Shown: in pieces, positions 10,016-19,768 of the stretch
Position numbering within the stretch: position 1 is the stretch's first letter
Layout of the letters: the number at the start of each line of letters is the position of its first letter
DNA from: Tolypothrix carrinoi HA7290-LM1
GTDB taxonomy: Bacteria > Cyanobacteriota > Cyanobacteriia > Cyanobacteriales > Nostocaceae
NCBI GenBank assembly: GCA_019358935.1
Contig: JAHHIK010000039.1
Location: forward strand, 1 to 64,000
Reading direction: 5' to 3'
DNA: 64,000 bases
Made by a program: the position numbers and the translations under genes
The notes under the pieces: generated by a model
Databases searched by the model: none
Seen by the model: only the letters and a program-made list of their open reading frames with translations
Told to the model about the DNA's origin: nothing

Positions 10016-11707
10016 ATGAAAAACATCGCAAAACGAAGACTTTGGAAATATCTATTTTGGTTTGGTCCATTTTTACTTGTTGCCGGCTTAACAGCGGGGT
10101 TAGTATCGCAAAAGTGGGGAGCAATTCCATTAGCATTTTTGATTGCGGGAATTGTCATCATCGGCTTTTGGTTAATCTGGCAAGCTCAACGAACTAACTG
10201 GTGGGGACGTCGTTCTACTCAAGCTGGTACAAATGCTTTAGTTGCGACTCTTGCAGTGTTGGCGATTTTAGGTTTAATTAACTTCTTAGGCACTCGCTAC
10301 CACCTGCGGACAGATTTAACTGATACTCAGTTATTTACGCTTGCGCCGCAATCACGAGAATTGGTACAGTCTTTGCAAAACCCTGCAAAGGTATGGGTGT
10401 TTGATGTGAATCGAAATCCCCAAGATTTAGAATTACTGGAAAATTATCGCCGACAAAGTTCCAAATTTAAGTTTGAATTCGTCGATCCACAAGCAAGACC
10501 AGGACTAGCAGATAAATTTGGTGTCAAAGATTATGGAGAAGTTTATCTAGAATCTGAAAATAGACGACAGTTAGTGCAAGTGGTGAATCAAAACGAACGT
10601 CTGTCAGAAATTCGCTTAACTAATCGCTTACAACAAATCAATAGCACCACCACAGCTAAAGTTTACTTGCTTCAAGGTCACGGCGAACGGCAACTTGCGG
10701 CAGGTGAAGGTGCAATTTCCCAAGCAGTTCAAGCGTTAAGTGATAAAAATTTCACTACATCAGCGCTAAATTTGGCAGAAAAGTCAGCAGTTCCTGATGA
10801 TGCAGCTGTTGTAGTTGTCGCAGGTGCGAAAAAAGCTTTGTTTGACAATGAAGTAAAAGCTTTGCAAACCTATCTCAATCGAGGTGGTAATTTGCTGTTG
10901 ATGATCGATCCAAATACTGACTCTAAACTTGATAGTTTACTACAACAGTGGGGCGTGCTACTTGATAATCGTTTAGCAGTCGATGTTTCAAACAACGTCG
11001 GGATTGGTCCTGCGGTTGCTTTAGTGACAGAATACGGACAACATCCAATTACTAAAGATTTTGGTAATGGCATTTCGCTTTATCCGCTTGCCCGTCCTTT
11101 AGAAGTTACCCCAGTATCTGGTGTCGAGTCTACCACGTTGATAGTAACTAAACCTTATCCCAGCAGTTGGGCAGAAAGCGACTTGCAAAGCGAAAATTTG
11201 CAGTTTAATCAAGGAAGCGATCGCAAAGGTCCATTAACTTTAGGTGTAGCATTAAAGCGCAAACTATCAGCCAAACCTCAGTCTCAACCTACCCCCACTC
11301 CCCCCCTCTCCCCCTCTCCCACTCCTCCCCTCCCCCCCTCTCCCACTCCCCCCTCTCCCACTCCCTCATCTCCCCCCACGCCAGTCGCCTCAACGGAGGG
11401 AACCTCCGCACGGCGCTGGCTCCTCTCCCCAACTTCCACCGAATCACGTTTAGTAGTGTTAGGAAATTCCGATTTCGCTACCGATGGTTTGTTTCAACAA
11501 CAGTTAAACGGAGACGTATTTCTCAACTCAGTTACTTGGTTGAGTCAGCAGGATCAGCAACCTCTTTCGATTCGTCCCAAAGAAGTCAAAAACCGTCGCA
11601 TTAACATCACAGGGACGCAGGCAAATCTTTTAGCATTATCATCTCTGGTAATATTACCCCTGATTGGGTTAGCAGGAGCAGCTGTTCTTTGGTGGAAGCG
11701 ACGGTAA
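10016..11707 (+). CDS. GldG-family ABC auxiliary component
   Basis: DLTDTQLFTL, FVDP, YLLQGHGE, YLNRGGNLLLMIDP, RLVVLGNSDF, N.DVFLNSVTWL, C-terminal TM. Confidence 0.9.
   Translation: MKNIAKRRLWKYLFWFGPFLLVAGLTAGLVSQKWGAIPLAFLIAGIVIIGFWLIWQAQRTNWWGRRSTQAGTNALVATLAVLAILGLINFLGTRYHLRTDLTDTQLFTLAPQSRELVQSLQNPAKVWVFDVNRNPQDLELLENYRRQSSKFKFEFVDPQARPGLADKFGVKDYGEVYLESENRRQLVQVVNQNERLSEIRLTNRLQQINSTTTAKVYLLQGHGERQLAAGEGAISQAVQALSDKNFTTSALNLAEKSAVPDDAAVVVVAGAKKALFDNEVKALQTYLNRGGNLLLMIDPNTDSKLDSLLQQWGVLLDNRLAVDVSNNVGIGPAVALVTEYGQHPITKDFGNGISLYPLARPLEVTPVSGVESTTLIVTKPYPSSWAESDLQSENLQFNQGSDRKGPLTLGVALKRKLSAKPQSQPTPTPPLSPSPTPPLPPSPTPPSPTPSSPPTPVASTEGTSARRWLLSPTSTESRLVVLGNSDFATDGLFQQQLNGDVFLNSVTWLSQQDQQPLSIRPKEVKNRRINITGTQANLLALSSLVILPLIGLAGAAVLWWKRR
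11378..11422 (-). mobile_element. 45-nt structured repeat element inserted in frame in the GldG-like gene
   Basis: Reverse complement GAGCCAGCGCCGTGCGGAGGTTCCCTCCGTTGAGGCGACTGGCGT. Confidence 0.8.
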
Positions 11708-11709
11708 GG

Positions 11710-11885
11710 AGATGGGGGGACAAGGGAGACAAGGGAGACAAGGGAGACAAGGGGACAAGGGGACAAGGGGACAAGGGGAAGAATTATTACCAATTACCAA
11801 TTACCAATTACCAATTACCAATTACCAATTACCAATTACCAATTACCAATTACCAATTACCAATTACCAATTACCAATTACCAAT
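11710..11885. repeat. GGACAAGGG-type 8/9-mer tract followed by a (CCAATTA)n STRR array
   Basis: Direct reading of the periodicity. Confidence 0.9.
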
Positions 11886-11894
11886 GACTATCAC

Positions 11895-12515
11895 ATGAAA
11901 TTGCCACGAACGACTTTAATTTTGATATTGCTAGCGCTGGGTGGTAGTACTTTTGTTTATTTTTCTGAAATTAAAGGGACACCTCAGCGAGAGGAAGTAA
12001 AGGAGAAAAAACAGCAAATTTTCTCTTTTGCAGCAGATGATGTGCAGTCTTTGACGGTAAAGACGGAAAATGTAACTTTAAATCTGGAACGTAATAATAA
12101 TGCTGGTGATACAAAATGGTTGATAAAATCTCCTACAGTTAGTCCAGCAAACGATCCGATTGTTTCTTATTTGATGGATTTGCTGGTGAAGGGTAAGAGC
12201 GATCGCATTTTATCAATTCCAGCTAACCAGCTTGCAGATTTTGGTTTAAATCCACCCCAAGCAACTATCAATATAAACCTGAAAAATCAGAAAACTCATC
12301 AATTAACTTTAGGTAAACCTGATTTTAACCGCCGTTTTTTGTATGCTCAAGCTGACCCTACTCGTCAACCAGATGGTAATATAAATGTGCTATTGGTATC
12401 CACTGATTTTGAAAATGCAGTCAAGCGGGAGCTTTCAGAGTGGCAACAACCTGGAGATAATAATATCAAAAATTTGCCTAGCCCCGTTCAACCCAATCCA
12501 GCAAAGACCAAATAA
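11895..12515 (+). CDS. DUF4340 domain protein
   Basis: N-terminal TM, LADFGLNPP, LTLGK.DF motifs; usual fourth gene of Gld-like ABC operons. Confidence 0.85.
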   Translation: MKLPRTTLILILLALGGSTFVYFSEIKGTPQREEVKEKKQQIFSFAADDVQSLTVKTENVTLNLERNNNAGDTKWLIKSPTVSPANDPIVSYLMDLLVKGKSDRILSIPANQLADFGLNPPQATININLKNQKTHQLTLGKPDFNRRFLYAQADPTRQPDGNINVLLVSTDFENAVKRELSEWQQPGDNNIKNLPSPVQPNPAKTK

Positions 12516-12658
12516 GTAATTTAAGCACTTACTTGGGTTGTTGCTGATTTATAAAGTACCATTAACTCACTAATCTATTAATCAAATAGACAAGAGTTCA
12601 ATAAAAAATAAATGTTAAAATTCCGCCTTGCAGCAGTTAATAACTTTGATGTCAATCA

Positions 12659-12931
12659 TCAATCATCATAAAGTTTGCTGTTTGACTGATTAATTAGTAA
12701 ATCAATAACTTCTTTGTGTTTTTTATGAAACTTTAATAGTTCCAAATAAGCAAATGGCACTACTACTATCCATAAAATACTAGCTATTACCAAAATTACA
12801 CCAGAAAATAAGCGCTGCTCTAAATTCATTTGTTCATCTTGTAAAAAAAAATGCAGCCATTCTGCAAAGAAACAGTAAGCCATCACCAGGTAAAGAATAA
12901 TTGCCAAATAAATAAGAAGTGTTTGCAGCAT
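12659..12931 (-). CDS. Small two-TM hypothetical protein
   Basis: Two hydrophobic segments, W.VVVPFAYLELL motif. Confidence 0.65.
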   Translation of the reverse strand: MLQTLLIYLAIILYLVMAYCFFAEWLHFFLQDEQMNLEQRLFSGVILVIASILWIVVVPFAYLELLKFHKKHKEVIDLLINQSNSKLYDD

Positions 12932-13369
12932 ATTGCTTCCATAAGTTACTAGTAAATGAACCATTTGTATCGGAGTTTCGTTTTTCTCAGGTGGCAGCAA
13001 TTACCTAATTAGTGGGTAATAACCATTTTTTGTTTTATTTTATACTAAAACTTATAAATAAATTTGATTGTATGCCTAAACCCTTACTTGATTTGTGGAA
13101 CAGAATTTAAGCATAAACCAGTTTTCTTTATGTATTTAGAATGGGTGTAAACACCATCAAATTATGCAGTTTTGCAATATAAATGGAAAAAATTGCCAGT
13201 ATTCTGGTCAGTTCAACCAAGAAGACTGAGTATAGTGTCGCTAATGCACGTAAGTGTCTATTTGTAAAGTGCGTAAGTCCTAAAATCACCACGGTTTCTT
13301 GCTTGCAATATTAAATTATATTTTATACCAATTGAAATCATGTCGAATTTTTATCCTCTTTGTTCCTGT

Positions 13370-13383
13370 GTACACTGATGTAC
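13370..13383. promoter_or_regulatory. Candidate NtcA site
   Basis: TGTA-CACTGATG-TACA matches GTA-N8-TAC; no -10 box at canonical spacing found. Confidence 0.3.
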
Positions 13384-13804
13384 ATAGGTGAAAAGTTTCT
13401 CAAAGAAAAAGTTAAATAATTGGTAACTAAAGATACCAATTATCATTGATGATGCCAATCTTCATACTGTACATTTTTACGGTTTCCGGCTTGCGCGTTC
13501 AAGTGAAAAGGCACAGTACGAGGTAAAGAAAGCACACCATAATAGTATTTTTCTCTAGAATTTTCTCCGAAAAAAGAGTTATTATTTACTCACAGATTAC
13601 CTTGGCTGAAGTTTATTTAAGTAATATTTTTTTAAAACTAAAATAAAAATTAAATTAAATAAACATAATTTAATTGTTTTCCGACAATGCTTTAAATCAG
13701 ATTAAAATGAATTCGCCCACGCAAAAGCTGTATAAAATTACTTGAATTATGGTAATTTTACTTAAAGGTTATCTGTGTTCCGAAGCTAGTCTCTCTATAT
13801 TATT

Positions 13805-14659
13805 ATGACAAGTCCGACAGCAACATTGTTAATTTCCTGCCCCGATCGACGGGGACTTGTAGCGAAAATTGCCAACTTCATCTATGCTAATGGTGGGAAT
13901 ATCATCCACGCAGACCAGCATACAGACTTTGCCGCTGGTTTATTTCTCACGCGGATTGAATGGCAGTTGGATGGATTTAATTTGCCGCGAGAATTTATTG
14001 CACCAGCATTTAAGGCGATCGCCCAACCTTTAAGCGCAAAGTGGGAACTGCATTTTTCTGATACTATCCCGCGCATTGCCATTTGGGTAAGCAAGCAAGA
14101 CCATTGTCTATTTGACTTGATTTGGCGACAACGTGCCAAAGAACTGACATCGGAAATTTCGCTAATTATCAGCAACCATCCCGATCTAAAGGTGGTGGCA
14201 GAGAAATTTAATATCGATTATCACCACATTCCCATTACTAAAGATAACAAATCAGAACAGGAAGCTAAACAACTAGAATTACTACACCAATATAAAATTG
14301 ATTTGGTTGTATTGGCTAAATATATGCAAGTTGTCAGTGCAGATTTTCTTGCTAAATTTCCCCAAACTATTAATATTCACCACTCATTTTTACCAGCTTT
14401 TGTCGGCGCAAATCCGTATCATAGAGCTTTTGAACGTGGTGTAAAAATTATTGGTGCAACGGCTCATTACGCTACTCCTGATTTAGATGCAGGTCCAATT
14501 ATTGAGCAAGATGTGGTCCGAGTAAGTCACCGCGATGAAGTTGAAGATTTAATTAGAAAAGGTAAGGATTTGGAGCGAGTTGTATTAGCAAGGGCAGTGC
14601 GTTTACACTTACAAAATCGGGTTTTGGTCTATGGAAATCGGACTGTGGTTTTTGAGTGA
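13805..14659 (+). CDS. purU: Formyltetrahydrofolate deformylase
   Basis: ACT domain CPDRRGLVA, INIHHSFLPAF.GA.PY, GATAHY...LDAGPII. Confidence 0.97.
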   Translation: MTSPTATLLISCPDRRGLVAKIANFIYANGGNIIHADQHTDFAAGLFLTRIEWQLDGFNLPREFIAPAFKAIAQPLSAKWELHFSDTIPRIAIWVSKQDHCLFDLIWRQRAKELTSEISLIISNHPDLKVVAEKFNIDYHHIPITKDNKSEQEAKQLELLHQYKIDLVVLAKYMQVVSADFLAKFPQTINIHHSFLPAFVGANPYHRAFERGVKIIGATAHYATPDLDAGPIIEQDVVRVSHRDEVEDLIRKGKDLERVVLARAVRLHLQNRVLVYGNRTVVFE

Positions 14660-14781
14660 TTTGCCAGACAATGCCCACCCGACAATTTAGAGTTTTCAGG
14701 CATCATATCATGTCCGGTTAATCACACACATTGTAGAGACGTTCGGTCCAAAACGTCTCTACGAACATCATGCCCGGTTTA

Positions 14782-14919
14782 TCACCTTTCGACAATCTCG
14801 CCTCTGAGACTCTCGACAAATGCCAGCACTTCGCTTTTCGCTCTTTGTCTCACCCCGTTTTTATCAAGGGCTTGCGCTACACCATTAGCAAAAGCATCAA
14901 ATTCTTCGTTTGTCAGACC
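14782..14919 (-). pseudogene. 3' remnant of a probable group I truncated haemoglobin gene
   Basis: Translates GLTNEEFDAFANGVAQALDKNGVRQRAKSEVLAFVESLRGEIVER*; no ATG/GTG/TTG start before the upstream in-frame stop. Confidence 0.5.
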
Positions 14920-14935
14920 TCCACCAATTCCACCT

Positions 14936-15733
14936 TTATTCTTTGGTGGAAGCGCGAATCAATTCAGCGATAAAAGCGACGATCGCAGATACTAAAATTA
15001 AGATGACGCTCAGAGCATTAATGTCTGGCTTGACTCCAGTTCTGATGCGGCTGAAAATTTCCATTGGCAGTGTGTTGGAACCACTACCGGCGGTAAAACT
15101 GGCGATGAGAAAGTCATCTAGACTGAGTACAAAGGCAAGCAAACAACCTGCTATAATTCCAGGCATTAGCTGAGGCAGCAATACTTGGATGAAGGCTTGC
15201 ATCGGTGTGGCTCCTAAATCAAGTGCGGCTTCTTCTAAGTGGGGATCTATGTTGGTAAGTCGCGATGAAACTACAAGTGCAACGTATGCCAGACAGAAGA
15301 CGACATGAGCCGCAACTATTGTCCACAAACTTAAGGGGATGGCAAAGGCTGCTAAAAAAACTAGGGTAGCTACGGCGATCGCAATATCGGGAATAATCAA
15401 TGGTAGATAAGAAACACCGCGATACAATGTCTTTCCTGGAAACTGATAACGCGCTATCCCTACCGCCATCAAGGTTCCCAGCACTGCTGCTATACTCACC
15501 GCACTAAAAGCAACTATTAAGCTGTTTTTTAAGGCTAATAATATACGTTCATCACTGAATAGTTGCTTATACCAATTAAGGGTGAATCCTTGCCAAGTTG
15601 CACTGTAAGGCGACGAGTTGAAGCTATAAAAGGCAAGTACCAAGATTGGCAGATACATCACCGCAAACATCAGTAGTGAGAAAACCGCTTGCCATGCGAC
15701 ACGCGGTCTTTTCTGAGATGAATATATATTCAC
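14936..15733 (-). CDS. potC: Spermidine/putrescine ABC permease, PotC-like
   Basis: YLPILVLAFYSFN, LEEAALDLGA EAA motif, SLDDF...TLPM.IFS.IR.GV.P.INA. Confidence 0.85.
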   Translation of the reverse strand: MNIYSSQKRPRVAWQAVFSLLMFAVMYLPILVLAFYSFNSSPYSATWQGFTLNWYKQLFSDERILLALKNSLIVAFSAVSIAAVLGTLMAVGIARYQFPGKTLYRGVSYLPLIIPDIAIAVATLVFLAAFAIPLSLWTIVAAHVVFCLAYVALVVSSRLTNIDPHLEEAALDLGATPMQAFIQVLLPQLMPGIIAGCLLAFVLSLDDFLIASFTAGSGSNTLPMEIFSRIRTGVKPDINALSVILILVSAIVAFIAELIRASTKE

Positions 15734-15819
15734 GTTTATTTTAAGCTAGTTCTTCCTTATCAAAATCTACTTTATCATTTTTCAGAGCAATAGTCAATAT
15801 TATCTCTTCTTTATTTCGC

Positions 15820-15856
15820 ACGATGTCTTGCGACAAGCCGCTAAGAGCGTCTACGC
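15820..15856. mobile_element. SDR5-like small repeat inside a degenerate HIP1 site
   Basis: ACGAT[GTCTTGCGACAAGCCGCTAAGAGCGTCTA]CGC. Confidence 0.5.
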
Positions 15857-16340
15857 TTCAGACCAATCAGTGCAAATGTGTAGTTGATATTTTAATTTTC
15901 TATGATTTCCATCAAAAATTCTGGGTTTTCCATGTGAGAAAACCCAGTATATTGTTTTTGTGTTGGTTACATGAGTAGGTTAACTCCAACCCAGTAGAGA
16001 ATAAGAACTGAAACAACGCCTAACCACAAAATTCCTGTGTTCATATGCCAATTATTGAAAGTCGATTTTTACGGGTTAAACGGGCATAGCGTTGTAGAAA
16101 TTAGGGAATCAGCTATGAGTCAGGCATTTTCCCTAGCTTCTATTGGCTATTCCCAATTTACTTATCAAATTTGGTTCAATTTGCGCTTTGAAGACGCTAA
16201 TTGAGCAACCATTATGTATTTGGTTGTTATTACTATTTTAGCGATCGCCACAACATTTTGACCAGCATAAAATTTTCTAATTTGTATATATCTGAAGACA
16301 GAGAATAATCGGGATTTAGTGAGTTATCAGAAACTTTCCT

Positions 16341-16405
16341 CTCTCAAGAGATAGTGATTTCCTTCCTTCCGGTAGACAGGAATTATTGAGATATATACAT
16401 ATAAT
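16341..16405 (+). promoter_or_regulatory. Tandem CTnnCnnnnGnnAG motifs (16341, 16362) with TATAAT at 16400
   Basis: CTCTCAAGAGATAG and CTTCCTTCCGGTAG start 21 nt apart; similar layout upstream of other stress genes. Confidence 0.5.
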
Positions 16406-16538
16406 TTAAATTAAGTTCTTGTCTTGCAACAGTTTGTTTTCAAACTTAATTCTTATACAGGGTGCATCAACTAGAAACACTTTTGAGTAAGAAAGCAAGC
16501 GTTTTAAATACAAGTCTTATTAATTGGGAGGTTTGTAA

Positions 16539-17627
16539 ATGCGGATTGCTCAGGTAGCCCCACTATGGGAAAGAGTACCACCCCCCGCTTACGGCGGTAT
16601 CGAGTTAGTAGTAGGGTTGCTGACTGATGAATTAGTGCGACGGGGACATGAAGTAACGCTATTTGCATCGGGTGATTCTATCACTTTGGCAAAGCTAGAA
16701 TCAGTTCATCCGCGTGCTTTACGACTCGATCCGACTATCAAGGAGTACGGTGTTTACGAGCTGATGCATTTAAGTTCGGTATACGATCAAGCAGAAGATT
16801 TTGATATCATTCACTCGCACATGGGCTTTGCGACATTGCCTTACGCTAAGTTGGTCAAAACTCCTACAGTTCATACGTTGCATGGTATTTTTACACCTGA
16901 CAACGAAAAAATGTTTAAACACGCTAAACAACAACCATACATCAGTATTTCTGAGGCACAACGAGAACCGAGATTAGACCTCAACTGTGTAGCGACTGTT
17001 TCCAACGGAATTGATGTTAGCAGTTATAAGTTTCACGCTGAACCTGAAGATGAGCCTTACTTAGCCTTTTTGGGTAGAATATCGCCAGAAAAAGGAACGC
17101 ACTTGGCAATAGAAGTTGCTAAAAAAGCTGGCTGGCGTTTGAAAATGGCTGGTAAGGTGGATGTTGTTGATGTGGAATACTATGAAAAGGAAATCAAACC
17201 ACACATCGACGGTAAGCAAATTGAATATCTGGGCGAAGCAAACCATGAGCAGAAAAATGCTTTAATGGGTAATGCTGTAGCAACGTTATTCCCCATTACC
17301 TGGCGAGAACCATTTGGGTTGGTGATGGTAGAATCAATGGCAGCAGGTACGCCAGTTATCGCAATGAAACTAGGGTCTACAAAAGAAGTAATTGACCACG
17401 GAAAAACCGGTTTCTTGTGCGACAACATCGAAGAATTCGTCAGTGCGATTGATCGGGTGGGAGAATTAGACCGGCGTGCTTGTCGGGAACATGTCTCGAA
17501 GCGTTTCAGCTTGCAAGCAATGACCGATGGCTATGAAGCTGTTTATCGACAACTTCTGGCAGATAAATTTTCTCAGCGCAATGGTCATTTCCGCAATGCG
17601 GTAACTTTAGCCAAAAGCGGGATTTAG
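16539..17627 (+). CDS. Glycosyltransferase family 4
   Basis: VPPPAYGGIE, FLGRISPEKG, WREPFGLVMVESMAAGTPV. Confidence 0.95.
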   Translation: MRIAQVAPLWERVPPPAYGGIELVVGLLTDELVRRGHEVTLFASGDSITLAKLESVHPRALRLDPTIKEYGVYELMHLSSVYDQAEDFDIIHSHMGFATLPYAKLVKTPTVHTLHGIFTPDNEKMFKHAKQQPYISISEAQREPRLDLNCVATVSNGIDVSSYKFHAEPEDEPYLAFLGRISPEKGTHLAIEVAKKAGWRLKMAGKVDVVDVEYYEKEIKPHIDGKQIEYLGEANHEQKNALMGNAVATLFPITWREPFGLVMVESMAAGTPVIAMKLGSTKEVIDHGKTGFLCDNIEEFVSAIDRVGELDRRACREHVSKRFSLQAMTDGYEAVYRQLLADKFSQRNGHFRNAVTLAKSGI

Positions 17628-17986
17628 CCTTTTATCGGCTTTTTTGTAATCGAAGGCGATCGCCATATCTTCATCTAGGCATCAGGTGATATTTTCGGCG
17701 ATCGCTATATCTTCATCTATATTAGGACTATTGAATTTACGTAGGGGCAATTGATGAATTGCCCCTACAAGACTTTAGCCTCTTGCTTTGTCGGATTTCC
17801 AAGAACAATGAATTTTCTCTAAAAAATTTGCTCAATCTGGAAAGCGATCGCGTCATTTCATTCTTTAGGTAGATTGCTATATCGGCAATGTCGCCCCAAA
17901 AGTCAGAGGTAAGGGATTTTTTCGCTTTCTATAATCGATAAGTCTAAAAACTTGTTTTTGGCAAGACTATCAGCACATGTTTAGTT

Positions 17987-18628
17987 ATGTTATTTAAAGA
18001 CCGAAGGTTGGCGGGTCAAGTGTTGGCAGTGAAGTTAGCAGCTTATGCTAATCGTGCCGATGTTTTGGTGTTGGCACTACCAAGAGGAGGTGTACCCGTC
18101 GCTTTTGAAGTTGCGAAAGCGCTAAATGCTCCTTTGGATGTTTTTGTAGTTCGCAAATTGGGTGTCCCCGGTCAAAAAGAATTGGCGATGGGAGCGATCG
18201 CTTCTGGGAATGTGAGAATACTCTTAGAAGATATTATCCGTCAGGAAAAAATAGACACCGAAGCAATTGAGAAAGTAACGGCGAAAGAACAACAGGAACT
18301 AAATCGCCGCCAAACTGTTTATCGAGGCGATCGCCCCAAGCCTGCGATCGCTGGACGTACTATCATATTAATTGATGATGGTTTAGCGACGGGTGCAACT
18401 ATGCGGGCAGCGATCGCCGCATTGCACAAACAACAACCTGCAAAAATCGTTGTTGCCGTGCCGGTTTCATCACCGCAAACCTACCAAGAGATTAAATCTC
18501 TCATAGACGAAATCATCTGCGCCGACACACCCAGCCCTTTCTACTGTGTTGGTCTTTGGTATGAAAAATTTCCGCAAACAACCGATCAAGAAGTCCGCTA
18601 TCTGCTGAATAAAGCAGCAAATCCTTAA
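17987..18628 (+). CDS. Phosphoribosyltransferase-family protein
   Basis: FKDR..AG..LA, LALPRGGVPV, ILIDDGLATGATM. Confidence 0.9.
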   Translation: MLFKDRRLAGQVLAVKLAAYANRADVLVLALPRGGVPVAFEVAKALNAPLDVFVVRKLGVPGQKELAMGAIASGNVRILLEDIIRQEKIDTEAIEKVTAKEQQELNRRQTVYRGDRPKPAIAGRTIILIDDGLATGATMRAAIAALHKQQPAKIVVAVPVSSPQTYQEIKSLIDEIICADTPSPFYCVGLWYEKFPQTTDQEVRYLLNKAANP

Positions 18629-18846
18629 TTGCCATTTGCGGGTACATAAACAATTTAGTAGAGACGCGACCGCGAAGGTCTCTACAACTCCTACTTTATT
18701 CCCAGACAAAGCGTCCGGGAATATGCACAATATTCAATTAATAAGCAGCGTGAAAGTCAATAGCCGGTTGGAGAAACAACATAATTCCTCCTACCACGAC
18801 AAAAGATAAAGTTACCCAAAAGAAAATTTTCATTTTGTTTCTACCT

Positions 18847-19353
18847 TTATCCCAAAGTGATTTTCTCGTTTTCGCCGCTACTAGCTTTTTCACCCGTAGC
18901 AATTGCTTTTACCAAACCAATTGTGTGCGCTACAAAGCTGGACGGTGCATCCCAATATTCAGCTTTTACTACATTCACTTTGATCAAACCAATATCCGGT
19001 TCGTCTAATCCTTTGGGAAACCAAGCTTTAAGTTCCGGCTTCCACAATTCTTCAATTTTGTTGCGGTCTTTGACTAATTGTGCTGTGCCGGACATAGAAA
19101 CGTAACACTGTTTATTAGGTGCGGCAAAACTAACATTAACCTGTTCATGTTGTGCGATTTCATCTACTTTATGAGAAGGAGCGTAGGTGAAAAACCAAAG
19201 AGTACCATCAGATTCAATTTCGCCATTCGTAGACATAGGGCGACTGTGCAAACTTCCGTCGTCATCGATGGTAGTTAACATGCCAAAGTCAATGTCTTTG
19301 ACTAGTTCACGCAGCTTTTCAATTTTTTGATTTTGGTCTGTATCAGTTGTCAT
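18847..19353 (-). CDS. General stress protein 26-like, pyridoxamine 5'-phosphate oxidase family
   Basis: GMLTT...LHSRPM...LWFFT...YVS.SG.A...LW.PELKAWFPKG..P...AEYWD. Confidence 0.9.
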   Translation of the reverse strand: MTTDTDQNQKIEKLRELVKDIDFGMLTTIDDDGSLHSRPMSTNGEIESDGTLWFFTYAPSHKVDEIAQHEQVNVSFAAPNKQCYVSMSGTAQLVKDRNKIEELWKPELKAWFPKGLDEPDIGLIKVNVVKAEYWDAPSSFVAHTIGLVKAIATGEKASSGENEKITLG

Positions 19354-19536
19354 TGATTATTACTCTTGTCTTTATTTCCAAGCTTAAGTTTGAGCGTTTG
19401 ATTACAGCCCGTTGCGACGAATTGTAAAGCTCTTCTTCTTTGTTAACGTTTCTTTTGCGTATCTGCGTGAGCCTTGAGGTGTATTTCTGCAAAAATCATT
19501 CTCTTAGCTATATCCATAGAGGTAGAAAAATAATTC

Positions 19537-19582
19537 GTAGTGAGCGGTTTACCGCTCATTTAAGGGCTGAAGCCTTTACTAC
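19537..19582. repeat. GTAG-type REP-like palindrome with two inner hairpins
   Basis: GTAGT-GAGCGGTTTACCGCTC...AAGGGCTGAAGCCTTT-ACTAC; relatives at 29173, 29821 and 48454. Confidence 0.7.
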
Positions 19583-19768
19583 TAAGAAGCGCGTTTATTT
19601 CTACCCAATTAGGAGCGCAAAACATATCTTCTGTAGCGATAATTCATGAATTATCGCACTCGTAAATTCAGGACTACGCCGGTTTTTTGCGCTCATTAGG
19701 AATGAGCGCAACTTTGTTTCCTCAAGTTCGGTTGCTACAAGCTGCACTGCTTGAGCCTGAGTATAATT

